DNA from: Spirochaetales bacterium
Lineage (GTDB): Bacteria; Spirochaetota; Spirochaetia; DSM-2461
Assembly: GCA_016936555.1 (NCBI GenBank)
Contig: JAFGXR010000103.1
Span: forward strand, 17,931-81,930
Length of the DNA: 64,000 nt
Direction: 5' to 3'
In this document: one piece after another, positions 49,629 through 58,864 of the stretch
How the letters are laid out: every line of letters begins with the position of its first letter
Position numbering within the stretch: position 1 is the stretch's first letter
Notes under the pieces: model-generated
The model's input: only the letters and a program-made list of their open reading frames with translations
The model's database searches: none
What the model was told of the DNA's origin: nothing
Program-made: the position numbers and the translations under genes

Positions 49629-50015
49629 TTAAATTTCAATCTTTATTAATGTGTCACCCTGAACGGGAAGCGTCACTTCTCCCCAGTGAGACTCCCCGTC
49701 ATTCCATTCCAGTCTGATTCGATAACCTGCAATCACCTGCTTCAACGCGCTAAGCACAGGAGGAACGATTTTATCGGGATAAACCCTAATGAACTCGTTC
49801 TGCCAGCAGGAAATTGCCTTCTCTGCCAGAGGATCGTCAAGACTGATCGGCTGAAAAGAGCCGGGCACAGCCTTACCGGAAGTTTGAGTCACAGCACTCC
49901 CGGGCTTCCTATCGCCTTCATCCCTCGCGCCTCCTGAGAAGAGCGAGGTTGAAACGGACAGGAATATGATCAGAGCAATTACGGCACTCAGCTTTCGGGT
50001 GTAGATGGATCCCAT
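49629..50015 (-). CDS. Exported cystatin-like protein (putative cysteine-protease inhibitor)
   Basis: Signal peptide; PGSFQPISLDDP; QVIAG (QxVxG-like) at residues 93-97; AAAGAGGGG SD; overlaps the protease gene by 28 nt. Confidence 0.6.
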   Translation of the reverse strand: MGSIYTRKLSAVIALIIFLSVSTSLFSGGARDEGDRKPGSAVTQTSGKAVPGSFQPISLDDPLAEKAISCWQNEFIRVYPDKIVPPVLSALKQVIAGYRIRLEWNDGESHWGEVTLPVQGDTLIKIEI

Positions 50016-52267
50016 GCCGCCCCCTCTTTATATCCGACAATAGTCTGTGCGTGATCCGGTGAAGTCGGATACCAGACAGTCCCTGATCCGACGACGTCAT
50101 TTGTATCGAGATTATCATATGTTGTGTCGGTAAAGATGGCCGTGCTGACGATGTACCCCATATTAAGCAGCGCTTTGAGCATCTGGATATCACTGTCGTC
50201 CTCTATGATGAAATAGCAGTAATTATCGTCAGGCCAGTAGTAATTTCCCAGTTCCTCACCTCTGTACCGTGGCGCTTCCCGCCAGGCGGCTTCAGAAGGC
50301 CAGTATGTAAAATCCGATGACAATTCTTGATTCCTGTAAGGCATTGTGCTCCAGGTGGCACCGCCCTGCCGGATTATGGTTGATATGGCACTGCCGGGCC
50401 AGGCACCTTCATCGACACCGTTATTGATCTGATTATAGAGAAAATCGGGACTGAAGATTTTATTCAGATTCGATTGCGGACTGCCCGCATCAGAAACTCC
50501 GGTTATATCGGAACCCCAAGTGGTGGCCGACAGATCCCAGCCATGCTCTTTCGCCTCGGTGTAGGTCTGGATATAGTATCCGACGGAGAATGCCGCGCAG
50601 GAACCTTTCTGCCCCTGGTTCCCGACTGGGGGAAAGTAATCAGTCGCGGAATTGTCCACCGATAGAGGGAGAGTCGTCCCGTCGAAAGAAGCCCGCAGAT
50701 TATAGATTCCGGTCTCCACACTTTCCAATTTCACCATGCTATTCCATTCCTCCTCGGAGGGAGGGCGGTATCCTGTACCATGGCCTTTGTAGAGTTTATT
50801 ATAATCGACACCGGGTTTTGAAACTCCCAAGGCGATTTTGTCCCGAGCCAGTTCAGAGGATGCCGGCTGTGCCACAGAAAAACTTGATGAAGTTGTCGAT
50901 CTGAGAAGGGGGATTATCGCCTGCAGTTCCGTACGGGTCAACATCCCGATTGTATTAACCGTCGCATTTAATCCTGAACCGGCGGGAATCGATCCTGTAT
51001 CCGATGAACTCTGGGTTTTAAAAGCAGCTGCCGGGTCATTAGAATAGCTATTGTAAAACTCCACACTCAAATTATCGAGAGTACCTGTCGTTGATCCGGT
51101 ATTTTCAATCGAAACAAATAAATTATAATCATTGATAGCCGGAGCGAACTCCGTAATATCGAGAATCATTTTGTTGGCCGGGAATGCGATATCGCCGCCC
51201 ATGGGCGTTCCATCCCAGCCCCGGGATTCGAAGACCTTAGTCATAAGCGGATCGGATGGATCTCCCAGTCCGAAAGTAACTTTTATTTCATCCCTATGGG
51301 CATGTGTTATCCTGAAGCTGGCTATAATGGAAGGATCGTATTCTGCTGAAAAATCATTTTTATAGAAGAAAACCCCCAATTTATTGGCCTTCAGTACACT
51401 GTAGGGCATCCAGTAGCTGCCGTCGTCAACATTTTCCCAGCCTCCCACGCCCCAGGAGTTGACTATCTTCACGGCTCCCTCAGGAAGTACTTCATCATCG
51501 CTGACAATCAGCACGGCCGTATCTTCCGGCAGAGAAATATTGTTATTCTCGTTGAGTTCTGAAACAGCATCAGTGGCATCCATCACCACGCCGATATAAT
51601 ATGTTCCCGCGGGAACATCCGGTACAGTCAAACTGAAATCTGACGAATCTGAAACATATATCTCAGAAGATGCCCTACTGGAATAATTATAGATATAATC
51701 GTATAGAAGATAGTCTTCTGAAGGATCTATGACATTATCTCCTGACAAATAAAAATGAATATTCTGGGGTCCGGCATCGGTATCACCCAGATTATTCATA
51801 TAGGAGAAAATATTGAACTGATCTCCGGGGTTGACAATAAAGGAATCATTCCAGGATCCGAATCCTATATACAGCTGGTTTGTTGTCATCAGATCAGGCC
51901 GTCCTGATAATGCCCCGACTTCGCCGAGATCTCTCAGCCATGAATTATCGGAAATATCCCGAACCATCACGTGATTACCCAGGCTCAAGCTCACAGATTC
52001 GGAAGAACCGGAACATTCGGTCCAACTCACTCCTCCATCAAGCGAAAACTCCATATTAACTGTCGTATTGACTATCTGACTGTTCAAAATATCAAGATAT
52101 GTAGTTGTATTTATCCCGATATCAGGTGTTGATGTAAAATCTCCATCCACCGGAGGGGTATCATCAGTCGTACTCCCCGGATCTTTTCCGACGGGATTTT
52201 CACAGGAGAAAAAAAACATTCCCCCCACAAGGATCAATAAGATATTAAGCAAAGATCGGATTTTCAT
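49988..52267 (-). CDS. Lipoprotein C1 (papain-like) peptidase with CARDB domain; catalytic domain apparently circularly permuted
   Basis: Lipobox FFFSC22; CARDB-like DAVSELNENNN; VKIVNSWG (N270); PPVGNQGQKGSC (Q551/C557); DHAQTIVGY (H739). Confidence 0.85.
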   Translation of the reverse strand: MKIRSLLNILLILVGGMFFFSCENPVGKDPGSTTDDTPPVDGDFTSTPDIGINTTTYLDILNSQIVNTTVNMEFSLDGGVSWTECSGSSESVSLSLGNHVMVRDISDNSWLRDLGEVGALSGRPDLMTTNQLYIGFGSWNDSFIVNPGDQFNIFSYMNNLGDTDAGPQNIHFYLSGDNVIDPSEDYLLYDYIYNYSSRASSEIYVSDSSDFSLTVPDVPAGTYYIGVVMDATDAVSELNENNNISLPEDTAVLIVSDDEVLPEGAVKIVNSWGVGGWENVDDGSYWMPYSVLKANKLGVFFYKNDFSAEYDPSIIASFRITHAHRDEIKVTFGLGDPSDPLMTKVFESRGWDGTPMGGDIAFPANKMILDITEFAPAINDYNLFVSIENTGSTTGTLDNLSVEFYNSYSNDPAAAFKTQSSSDTGSIPAGSGLNATVNTIGMLTRTELQAIIPLLRSTTSSSFSVAQPASSELARDKIALGVSKPGVDYNKLYKGHGTGYRPPSEEEWNSMVKLESVETGIYNLRASFDGTTLPLSVDNSATDYFPPVGNQGQKGSCAAFSVGYYIQTYTEAKEHGWDLSATTWGSDITGVSDAGSPQSNLNKIFSPDFLYNQINNGVDEGAWPGSAISTIIRQGGATWSTMPYRNQELSSDFTYWPSEAAWREAPRYRGEELGNYYWPDDNYCYFIIEDDSDIQMLKALLNMGYIVSTAIFTDTTYDNLDTNDVVGSGTVWYPTSPDHAQTIVGYKEGAAWDPSTPES

Positions 52268-52477
52268 TTCTACTCCTGAAAGGATTGATTTAACCTGAAA
52301 ATTTCATTTTTTTGAAATACAAGAACATATTTTTATCATAAAAAAATATGACAGTAAATGAATTCTCAATTATGAAACTCATATATTACCCATAATACCT
52401 CATTAACATCTCTTCATCCCGCTAACGAATGAAAATAATGTCCGGAAACCTTAATTTTCAGGCTTCCGGAATCATCA

Positions 52478-53230
52478 TCAACGACAGAAAACCCTTATGG
52501 CATCGCGGAAAAAAACAGCCAGCCCTTCGCCGTACTTATCGAAATTCTTCGCAAAACGGTTATCATCGACGTACATCTCGCCGAGGCCCGCCAGCATTTC
52601 ATCACTGGTTTCGTAGAACCATTTGTTCAGGTGCTCTTTCCAGCGGCGGACCTGATCCTGCACCTCAGAGTCATCGGCTTCCCTGTCCATCAGCGATGCC
52701 AAATTTCTGTAGATATCCTCCGACTCCGCTTTTATAGCCGCCCACTCTTTTTCCTTGTAGTTTTTTGTTCGTCTTGCGCTTTCTCTGTACGCGTCGCTGC
52801 CGCCCCATTTTTCCCTGGCTTCATCGGCGTATTTTCTCCTGTGCTCTTCCACTTCCTTCGTGTCAAATGCATCGAACATTTTATTCTTATCCATTTCAAG
52901 ACCCTCCTTTTCACTGGCGATAGTTACATCTATCGCCTCAATTATCCTTTCGAGACGTTTTCTCTTTACGAGAAGAAGTTCGCGCTGTCTGCAGAGTGCG
53001 TCAACTCCGCCGGAACCGGGGCTGGAAACCATTTTCTTTATAGCATCCAGAGGGAACTCCAGTTCCCGGAGAAACAGGATCTGCTGCAGCCGGGCGAGAT
53101 TGCCATCGCCGTAGAGTCTGTATCCGTTTTCCCCGATCTGCTGTGGAACAAGCAGTCCGATCCGGTCGTAATGGTGGAGAGTCCGTACGCTGATCCCCGC
53201 CAGTTCGGCCATTTCTTTCACTTTGTACAT
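52478..53230 (-). CDS. MerR family regulator with TipAS antibiotic-recognition domain
   Basis: SVRTLHHYDRIGLL; EARE(K)WG; GLGEMYVDDNRF. Confidence 0.93.
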   Translation of the reverse strand: MYKVKEMAELAGISVRTLHHYDRIGLLVPQQIGENGYRLYGDGNLARLQQILFLRELEFPLDAIKKMVSSPGSGGVDALCRQRELLLVKRKRLERIIEAIDVTIASEKEGLEMDKNKMFDAFDTKEVEEHRRKYADEAREKWGGSDAYRESARRTKNYKEKEWAAIKAESEDIYRNLASLMDREADDSEVQDQVRRWKEHLNKWFYETSDEMLAGLGEMYVDDNRFAKNFDKYGEGLAVFFRDAIRVFCR

Positions 53231-53253
53231 AAGTTTTCCTACCTCTCAGGATA

Positions 53254-53284
53254 AAGATAAAGTATGACGTTACGTTATAGTCAA
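53254..53284 (-). promoter_or_regulatory. MerR-type promoter/operator with 19-bp spacer
   Basis: TTGACT, 19 nt, TATCTT, enclosing the dyad TATGACGT-t-ACGTTATA (53263-53279). Confidence 0.8.
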
Positions 53285-53394
53285 TCGAAAAAATAATTTT
53301 TCTTGCAACATTCCCTTTTCAGAGTTTAAATAATAATTACTCTATTCAATAAGGCTGAAGAAAAGGGGTGGCCCTTAAATAGCCGCGGATAGCC

Positions 53395-53470
53395 ATGAAG
53401 GATTCAATCCCGAAAGGCTTCCGACAGGGAATCGGGAATTGAATCCTCAGAATATACATAACTGAGGATT
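53395..53470 (+). promoter_or_regulatory. Structured leader with a 15-codon uORF and mutually exclusive hairpins upstream of the GNAT gene
   Basis: uORF 53395-53442; stem 53399-53413/53432-53447 competes with the SD-occluding stem 53442-53450/53462-53470. Confidence 0.55.
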
Positions 53471-53473
53471 TTT

Positions 53474-54193
53474 ATGGACAAAGAAAGAATACAGAACATT
53501 ATTCTTGAAGACCGGGGAAAGTTTTACGGCTGCTCGAGAGATACATTCTTCACGAAAGGCACCACGTTCAACCACAGGGAATCTTTCGATGGAAAAGAGA
53601 CTCTTTATTTAACCCCGTTTTATGAGCACACGTTTATAACCGCAGGCCGCGAGATAATCGAACGTCTTTCGCCGCACAGGCATATCTCCCTGAGCAACGA
53701 CTTAATATCGGAACTCATTCCGGGATTAAAAATTGAAATGACCTACCCTCATTTTCTCTATTACGGCTCCGAAATCGCCGTTCCCTCCGTTTCTCCGGAC
53801 TATGAAATAGTCTCAGCCGATCCGTCTGATCATTCACGGCTCAGAGAATTCCTGGACGGTTGTACGGAAGAGGATATAGAAGATGCCCTTATCGATCTCG
53901 ATGATCCCGATGAGCAGATACGCCTGATATTGCACAGAGGTAAGCCGGTCGGATACGGGGCCTACAGGAGATGGGGTCAGGAAATGGGAGATGTGGGGAT
54001 TCTCATCCAGCGGGAACACAGAAGAAGAGGACTGGGCCGTGCCGCTGTTGCGGCGGCGACTCAGGCCTGCCTTGACAATGACTGCCTCCCCTTTTACAGA
54101 ACATCGAGCGATAATCCGGGATCCGAAAGGATAGCCAGAAGTCTCGGCTATACATTCGAATGGATGACGACAGAGTTAAATATGGACAATTGA
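53474..54193 (+). CDS. GNAT family acetyltransferase
   Basis: C-terminal DVGILIQREHRRRGLGRAA...NPGSERIARSLGY. Confidence 0.88.
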   Translation: MDKERIQNIILEDRGKFYGCSRDTFFTKGTTFNHRESFDGKETLYLTPFYEHTFITAGREIIERLSPHRHISLSNDLISELIPGLKIEMTYPHFLYYGSEIAVPSVSPDYEIVSADPSDHSRLREFLDGCTEEDIEDALIDLDDPDEQIRLILHRGKPVGYGAYRRWGQEMGDVGILIQREHRRRGLGRAAVAAATQACLDNDCLPFYRTSSDNPGSERIARSLGYTFEWMTTELNMDN

Positions 54194-54250
54194 TAAGTCC
54201 GGCGCTCACCCGGACAGACTGCGTGAAAATTAGGAGATTGCCTTTACCAA

Positions 54251-54286
54251 CCCTCACCCCCGTCCCCTCTCCCACGAGGAGAGGGG
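54251..54286. repeat. REP-like palindrome (CCCTCACCCC...CCCCTCTCC-cacga-GGAGAGGGG); may also act as a terminator
   Basis: 9-bp perfect stem preceded by CCCTCACCC; single copy in the window. Confidence 0.5.
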
Positions 54287-54361
54287 TGTTTTGTTGGAAT
54301 TCACTCTTTATCAGCTGCCTCTCTTGTTTATGCAGCTCCAGAAAGTCATAATGTCAATCAG

Positions 54362-55090
54362 ATGGACAGCCTCAATCTAAGCGAACAATACGACAAACTG
54401 AACAAAATGATTTTCAACGGTCTCCTTCCCGGAGGGATTCAGATTAAATGGAATCATTCGCGTACGAATCTGGGTAAAACCCGGATATCCATGAAATCCG
54501 ACGGGACTTCTGATTTTCGCATAACCATTAGCCGTTTTTTTCTCTGTACTGAAAAACAGTACATTGAGACTCTCATCCACGAAATGATTCATGTCCTTAT
54601 GGTTGTCTCCGGTGAGTTCCGTAAAGACGGGAGAGTGCACGGACCCCTCTTCAGGCACCATATGGACCGTATCAACAGAGAGTTTCCCCAATATAGAATA
54701 ACGATCAAAGAAGATGGACCTGTCGATGTCGATTACGGCAAAATACGCCTGCAGCGCGGTTTTCTGCTCTGCAGCGGAGATAAAATATACTTCAATCTCC
54801 TGAACAGAGATATACAGGATAAAGACCGCCGCCAGGTTGTCCGCCGGATTCCCGGAGCCTATAAAATCAGTGAAGGCGATCTCTACTTCTTTGAAGGGCG
54901 ATTTGCCGAGCTGGCGACAGCTCCTGTCAGAAGAAACATAAATACATTCATCGGAAAGCTCCAGTACCTGAAGGACAGGGAAGCAATGGAAAGATTGAGG
55001 GATAACATAATCGAAAATCCACATATCTACATCCCTATAATAAAGAGCAACCGGATTAAAAATCAGGTTTTCCCTTTCAGGAGTCTCTGA
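54362..55090 (+). CDS. SprT-like zinc metalloprotease domain protein
   Basis: TLIHEMIH (HExxH), HGPLF. Confidence 0.85.
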   Translation: MDSLNLSEQYDKLNKMIFNGLLPGGIQIKWNHSRTNLGKTRISMKSDGTSDFRITISRFFLCTEKQYIETLIHEMIHVLMVVSGEFRKDGRVHGPLFRHHMDRINREFPQYRITIKEDGPVDVDYGKIRLQRGFLLCSGDKIYFNLLNRDIQDKDRRQVVRRIPGAYKISEGDLYFFEGRFAELATAPVRRNINTFIGKLQYLKDREAMERLRDNIIENPHIYIPIIKSNRIKNQVFPFRSL

Positions 55091-55170
55091 GCCGCCGGTT
55101 CTGAGAAGAATAAAACTTTCCTTTGCAAATAAACTTTATTAAGTTTATTGAATATAGGAGACATGAACAG

Positions 55171-56124
55171 ATGAAATACAGAAAGCTCGGCAACACCGGC
55201 CTCAGCGTCAGCGAGGTGGCATACGGTTCCTGGCTCACTTTCGCCAACCAGGTGGAACTCGTGAAAGCCAAAAACATCATCAGCAGGGCCATTGAACTGG
55301 GAATTAACTACTTCGATTCGGCCGATGCCTATGAAAAGGGTAAAGCCGAAGAATTGCTGGGAGAAATACTCCCTCAGCGCAAACGGAGCCAGTATATTGT
55401 CGCGACAAAAGCTTACTGGCCCCAATCGGAACACGAAACTGATAAGGGACTGAGCCGCAAACATGTCATTGACTCAATTCATCTCAGCCTTGACAGATTG
55501 AAACTGAAATATGTAGACCTGTTCTACTGCCATAGATACGATACGGAAACACCTCTGATTGAAACCCTCGAAGCCATTGAGGATATGGTCAGACAGGGGA
55601 AAATCCTCTACTGGGGAACGAGCGAATGGACAGCGGAACAGATAGCCGAAGCCCACAAAATCTGCACGGAGCGACAGTGGCATCTACCCGTTGTCAATCA
55701 GCCCCTTTACAATCTGCTCTCACGGAATATTGAAAAGGAAATTCTTCCCCGATGCGTGGAACTGGGCATGGGAACCTGCAACTTCTCTCCTCTCGCCCAG
55801 GGTGTGCTGACCGGAAAATATTCCGGAGGAAAGATTCCGGCGGGAAGCCGGGGATCCAATGAGAAGCAGAATATGTGGATGAAGGACCAGATCGGTGATA
55901 TGGAGCTGCTGAAGAGAGTGGATTCGCTTGGAGAGATCGCTGAAAAATATGAATTGACTATCGGTCAGCTCTCTCTGGCCTGGATACTTCAGAATCCGGG
56001 AATTTCAAGTGTTATTGTGGGCGCGACTTCTATTGAGCAGCTTGAAGCCAATGCCGCGGCATCGGGCGTTGTGCTGGAGAAGAATGATCTTGAAAAAATG
56101 AATTCTCTTTTTCCTGTCAATTGA
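55171..56124 (+). CDS. Aldo/keto reductase (Kv-beta-like)
   Basis: YRKLGNTGLSVS, FDSADAY, ATK, DLFYCH, FSPLAQGVLTGKY. Confidence 0.95.
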   Translation: MKYRKLGNTGLSVSEVAYGSWLTFANQVELVKAKNIISRAIELGINYFDSADAYEKGKAEELLGEILPQRKRSQYIVATKAYWPQSEHETDKGLSRKHVIDSIHLSLDRLKLKYVDLFYCHRYDTETPLIETLEAIEDMVRQGKILYWGTSEWTAEQIAEAHKICTERQWHLPVVNQPLYNLLSRNIEKEILPRCVELGMGTCNFSPLAQGVLTGKYSGGKIPAGSRGSNEKQNMWMKDQIGDMELLKRVDSLGEIAEKYELTIGQLSLAWILQNPGISSVIVGATSIEQLEANAAASGVVLEKNDLEKMNSLFPVN

Positions 56125-56191
56125 TATAAGGAAGAATTCTCGCCACAGTTTATTGAGAAGACAACAACCTCTCTTTTTATTCCTCCATATC

Positions 56192-57847
56192 CTACCAGGA
56201 ACCGGGGGTAAATCCCAGAGGGGGACGGAAGGGATCGTACCAGCACTCCATTAACTCGCGCCAGCTTTTCACCAGACTGTCATTATCTGAAGTGCAGAAG
56301 TCAATCAACCCGTAAGGGCCTGTAGCGGGAATGAGATCCGTATACCAGTACTGATAGCTGTAATGGGAAAGACCATTGTAATATTGCTCTCCATTTGAGA
56401 TAAAAATGGAGAGGCCCCGCTTAACCACGGAGCCGGGACCTCTATAATTACCCAGCTCCGTTCCTCCGTATGCCGCGGCAACCGCCAGAGAAAGCTCCTC
56501 CAGAACTTCTTCAGCCGCCTCTTCCACATCGCTGCCGAAACGACCGGAATTCTCAATCAGAAGGTAGAGAAAATCATTCAGATCATAATAGGGCTGCTGT
56601 ATGGTCTCAGACACAATCGATCTGTTGAAGAAATGAATCGTTTTGTTTCTGATATCTTCGATAAATGACTTGTTATCAGACAGATAAAGTTCTTCAGCCA
56701 GTTTGTCGATTGAGGATTTGAGCGGCTCCATACGGGAAAGCTCAATGGCGGAAATGCTCTGATCTGTTCGGGAAACAACCGATTCGCTATAGGCAGTCAC
56801 CATAAGTTCCGACAGGGAGCGGGAGTCGGCGCAACCGGCAGGGCCCGGAGACATTGAACCGAATAATTCTCCGTAGTCCCACCCTGCGGCGCTTACGTCG
56901 GACATGGAGGCGACAAAATAGTCTGCTCGGGCGCGCAATTCATAGGCGGTTTCGACCGTCCCCATAAGGCAGGCGTCCATGCTGATCAGGTCCAGCCCTT
57001 CGGGCGCTCCGCTTTCCAGAGCCTGTTGTATTTCATCGAGAAACAGGGAATCCCCCGAAGCGCTATCGTCTTCGCAAATCTGCCGCGGCGTGACTGTTCC
57101 CTCGAAAGAACTGCTCAGGGAACGGGCTCCCCCGCCGTGATTCCAGAGCATCAGGGCATAATGATCCGCGGGGAATTCTTCCCTGCAGAATACAATGAAA
57201 TTAGATAATACAGCCGGATCACCCAGATTCAGCTCTCCGAGATCTCCCGCATCCACTCTTTCCGATAGAATCGCATCACTATTGTCGGGACGGACGCGGT
57301 AATACCGGCAATCTTTCCATTCGCTGTCAGCCGCTCCGTCATCGCGGCGGTCCAGGAGAACGATAACCTCCATGCTGCTGTTGCCGGATCGTTGAATCCC
57401 CTCCTCCATCTCGTTCAAATCAACCAGAGCATAGCTTTCAAGGTTATTATCGCCGTCGAGATAGACCATAAAGGTCCAGGTTTCATCAGCGGAAGGGGAA
57501 AACTGTGTTTCGAAGGGGATCTGCAGATTATCTGTGGGATTGTTCCGGGGTATTTCATAATCGAAATAGGCCGTTACTTTGCGATGGGCATCCATAAGCA
57601 CGACGGTTTCAGCACTGTACCCCTCCCCGGCCCCGTTCCAGTGACTGAAACTGTAGCCCTGATTGGCAACGGCCTTCAGGGAAATGAGGCTGTATTCTCT
57701 ATAATCAGCAGCTTCGGGGTCGCAGATAATCGATCCTCTCTCGGGATTCTCAACCAGAAGAGACAGTGTGTATCTGGGGCTTAAGAGAGTGCAGGCCAAT
57801 ACTGAAAAGGAGAAACAGACCGCAGCCAGAAGTCGGAGCCGCCACAT
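56192..57847 (-). CDS. Clostripain-family (C11) cysteine peptidase lipoprotein
   Basis: Lipobox SVLAC; InlB-B-like domain (ANQGYSFSHW); WTFMVYLDGDNNL, WNHGGG, MDACLMG. Confidence 0.9.
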   Translation of the reverse strand: MWRLRLLAAVCFSFSVLACTLLSPRYTLSLLVENPERGSIICDPEAADYREYSLISLKAVANQGYSFSHWNGAGEGYSAETVVLMDAHRKVTAYFDYEIPRNNPTDNLQIPFETQFSPSADETWTFMVYLDGDNNLESYALVDLNEMEEGIQRSGNSSMEVIVLLDRRDDGAADSEWKDCRYYRVRPDNSDAILSERVDAGDLGELNLGDPAVLSNFIVFCREEFPADHYALMLWNHGGGARSLSSSFEGTVTPRQICEDDSASGDSLFLDEIQQALESGAPEGLDLISMDACLMGTVETAYELRARADYFVASMSDVSAAGWDYGELFGSMSPGPAGCADSRSLSELMVTAYSESVVSRTDQSISAIELSRMEPLKSSIDKLAEELYLSDNKSFIEDIRNKTIHFFNRSIVSETIQQPYYDLNDFLYLLIENSGRFGSDVEEAAEEVLEELSLAVAAAYGGTELGNYRGPGSVVKRGLSIFISNGEQYYNGLSHYSYQYWYTDLIPATGPYGLIDFCTSDNDSLVKSWRELMECWYDPFRPPLGFTPGSW

Positions 57848-57855
57848 CTTGAACC

Positions 57856-58848
57856 TTACCTGATCCCGATCACTTCAACCGAAGCGGGAACCGACAAGAC
57901 TCCGTATTTCAATATCAGGGCGACCAGAAGATATTTCCCCAGGGGATCCTCCGTTTCAGCGGACAGGTCAATCAAATAGGAATTATATCCCGCCTCATAA
58001 GGTTCTATGAAGGGCAGAGAATCTCCGGTGTTGTATTTTGAGAGAATGTACAGTTCATCACCCACTCTCTTTCCCGTTTCTGTTATTTCCTCAAAAGACC
58101 AATCATCCTGCCAGGGATAATACTCATAATTGGCCTGATCATTCAGATAATCGGGTTTGTAGATTTCCTTAATATCCTCATCGACGACCAGACAGTACAG
58201 GTCGAAAGTCAATCCGGCGGGGTTTTCATTGAGCACCGGTTCTATGGCGATCTGACGGCTTGTCAAAGGGGGACCGCTCCAATCCGTAACCATGTCCGCC
58301 AGCGCCGTGACTCCCGAATCGGATTGCAGGCTGACGCTGTTGTATCCCCGCGGAGAGATATCTAGGGAGAGGAATCCTTCAGACCAGTCATCGGTGTTGA
58401 CATGGAGATCCACTGTGAATCTGGTAACGTTGGCAAATGTCTCCCATCCCTCAAAGATTTCATAGGAAGGCTTTTCGGAGATATGGACTGTATAGAGCTG
58501 ACTGTCTCCCTTGTAGGCGGTGGCATCCATACGGCTCAGGGTTCCCGACACAGGTACGGTCAACTGAGTGTAGTCCCAGTTGTTATCGACATGGCCGGGA
58601 AGCATGATTTCTTCAATATTCCCCTGTCCTCCGTCGAGAGAGACGGTAAGGACGAGCTTATCTGCCTCCGGACCCTGTTCCCAGAATCCGGCGGCATCGG
58701 AAGGACTGAACAGCCTGTTGTCTACATCGATGATCAGGTTCCTGTTCCCGCTGAGGATATCACCGTCAAAATCCCCGCCCTTACAGGAAAGGGCGGTTAT
58801 GGCTGCCATGAGAAGGATCAGCGCGTATATTCTGTTCTTTCTTCCCAT
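57856..58848 (-). CDS. Hypothetical lipoprotein
   Basis: ATG 58848 follows AGAGGAG; lipobox ITALSC; acidic mature region. Confidence 0.75.
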   Translation of the reverse strand: MGRKNRIYALILLMAAITALSCKGGDFDGDILSGNRNLIIDVDNRLFSPSDAAGFWEQGPEADKLVLTVSLDGGQGNIEEIMLPGHVDNNWDYTQLTVPVSGTLSRMDATAYKGDSQLYTVHISEKPSYEIFEGWETFANVTRFTVDLHVNTDDWSEGFLSLDISPRGYNSVSLQSDSGVTALADMVTDWSGPPLTSRQIAIEPVLNENPAGLTFDLYCLVVDEDIKEIYKPDYLNDQANYEYYPWQDDWSFEEITETGKRVGDELYILSKYNTGDSLPFIEPYEAGYNSYLIDLSAETEDPLGKYLLVALILKYGVLSVPASVEVIGIR

Positions 58849-58864
58849 GACCGGGCAGCTCCTC

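Noticed and set aside
53421-53450. AGGGAA…GAATCC resembling a cobalamin riboswitch core
   Set aside because: The downstream CCCGCAACTGT/B12-box elements are absent; the segment is better explained as one arm of the long stem.
55163-55174. Three-codon uORF (ATG AAC AGA TGA) overlapping the aldo/keto reductase start
   Set aside because: The AGGAG SD is only 2 nt from this ATG but well spaced for ATG 55171; probably chance.
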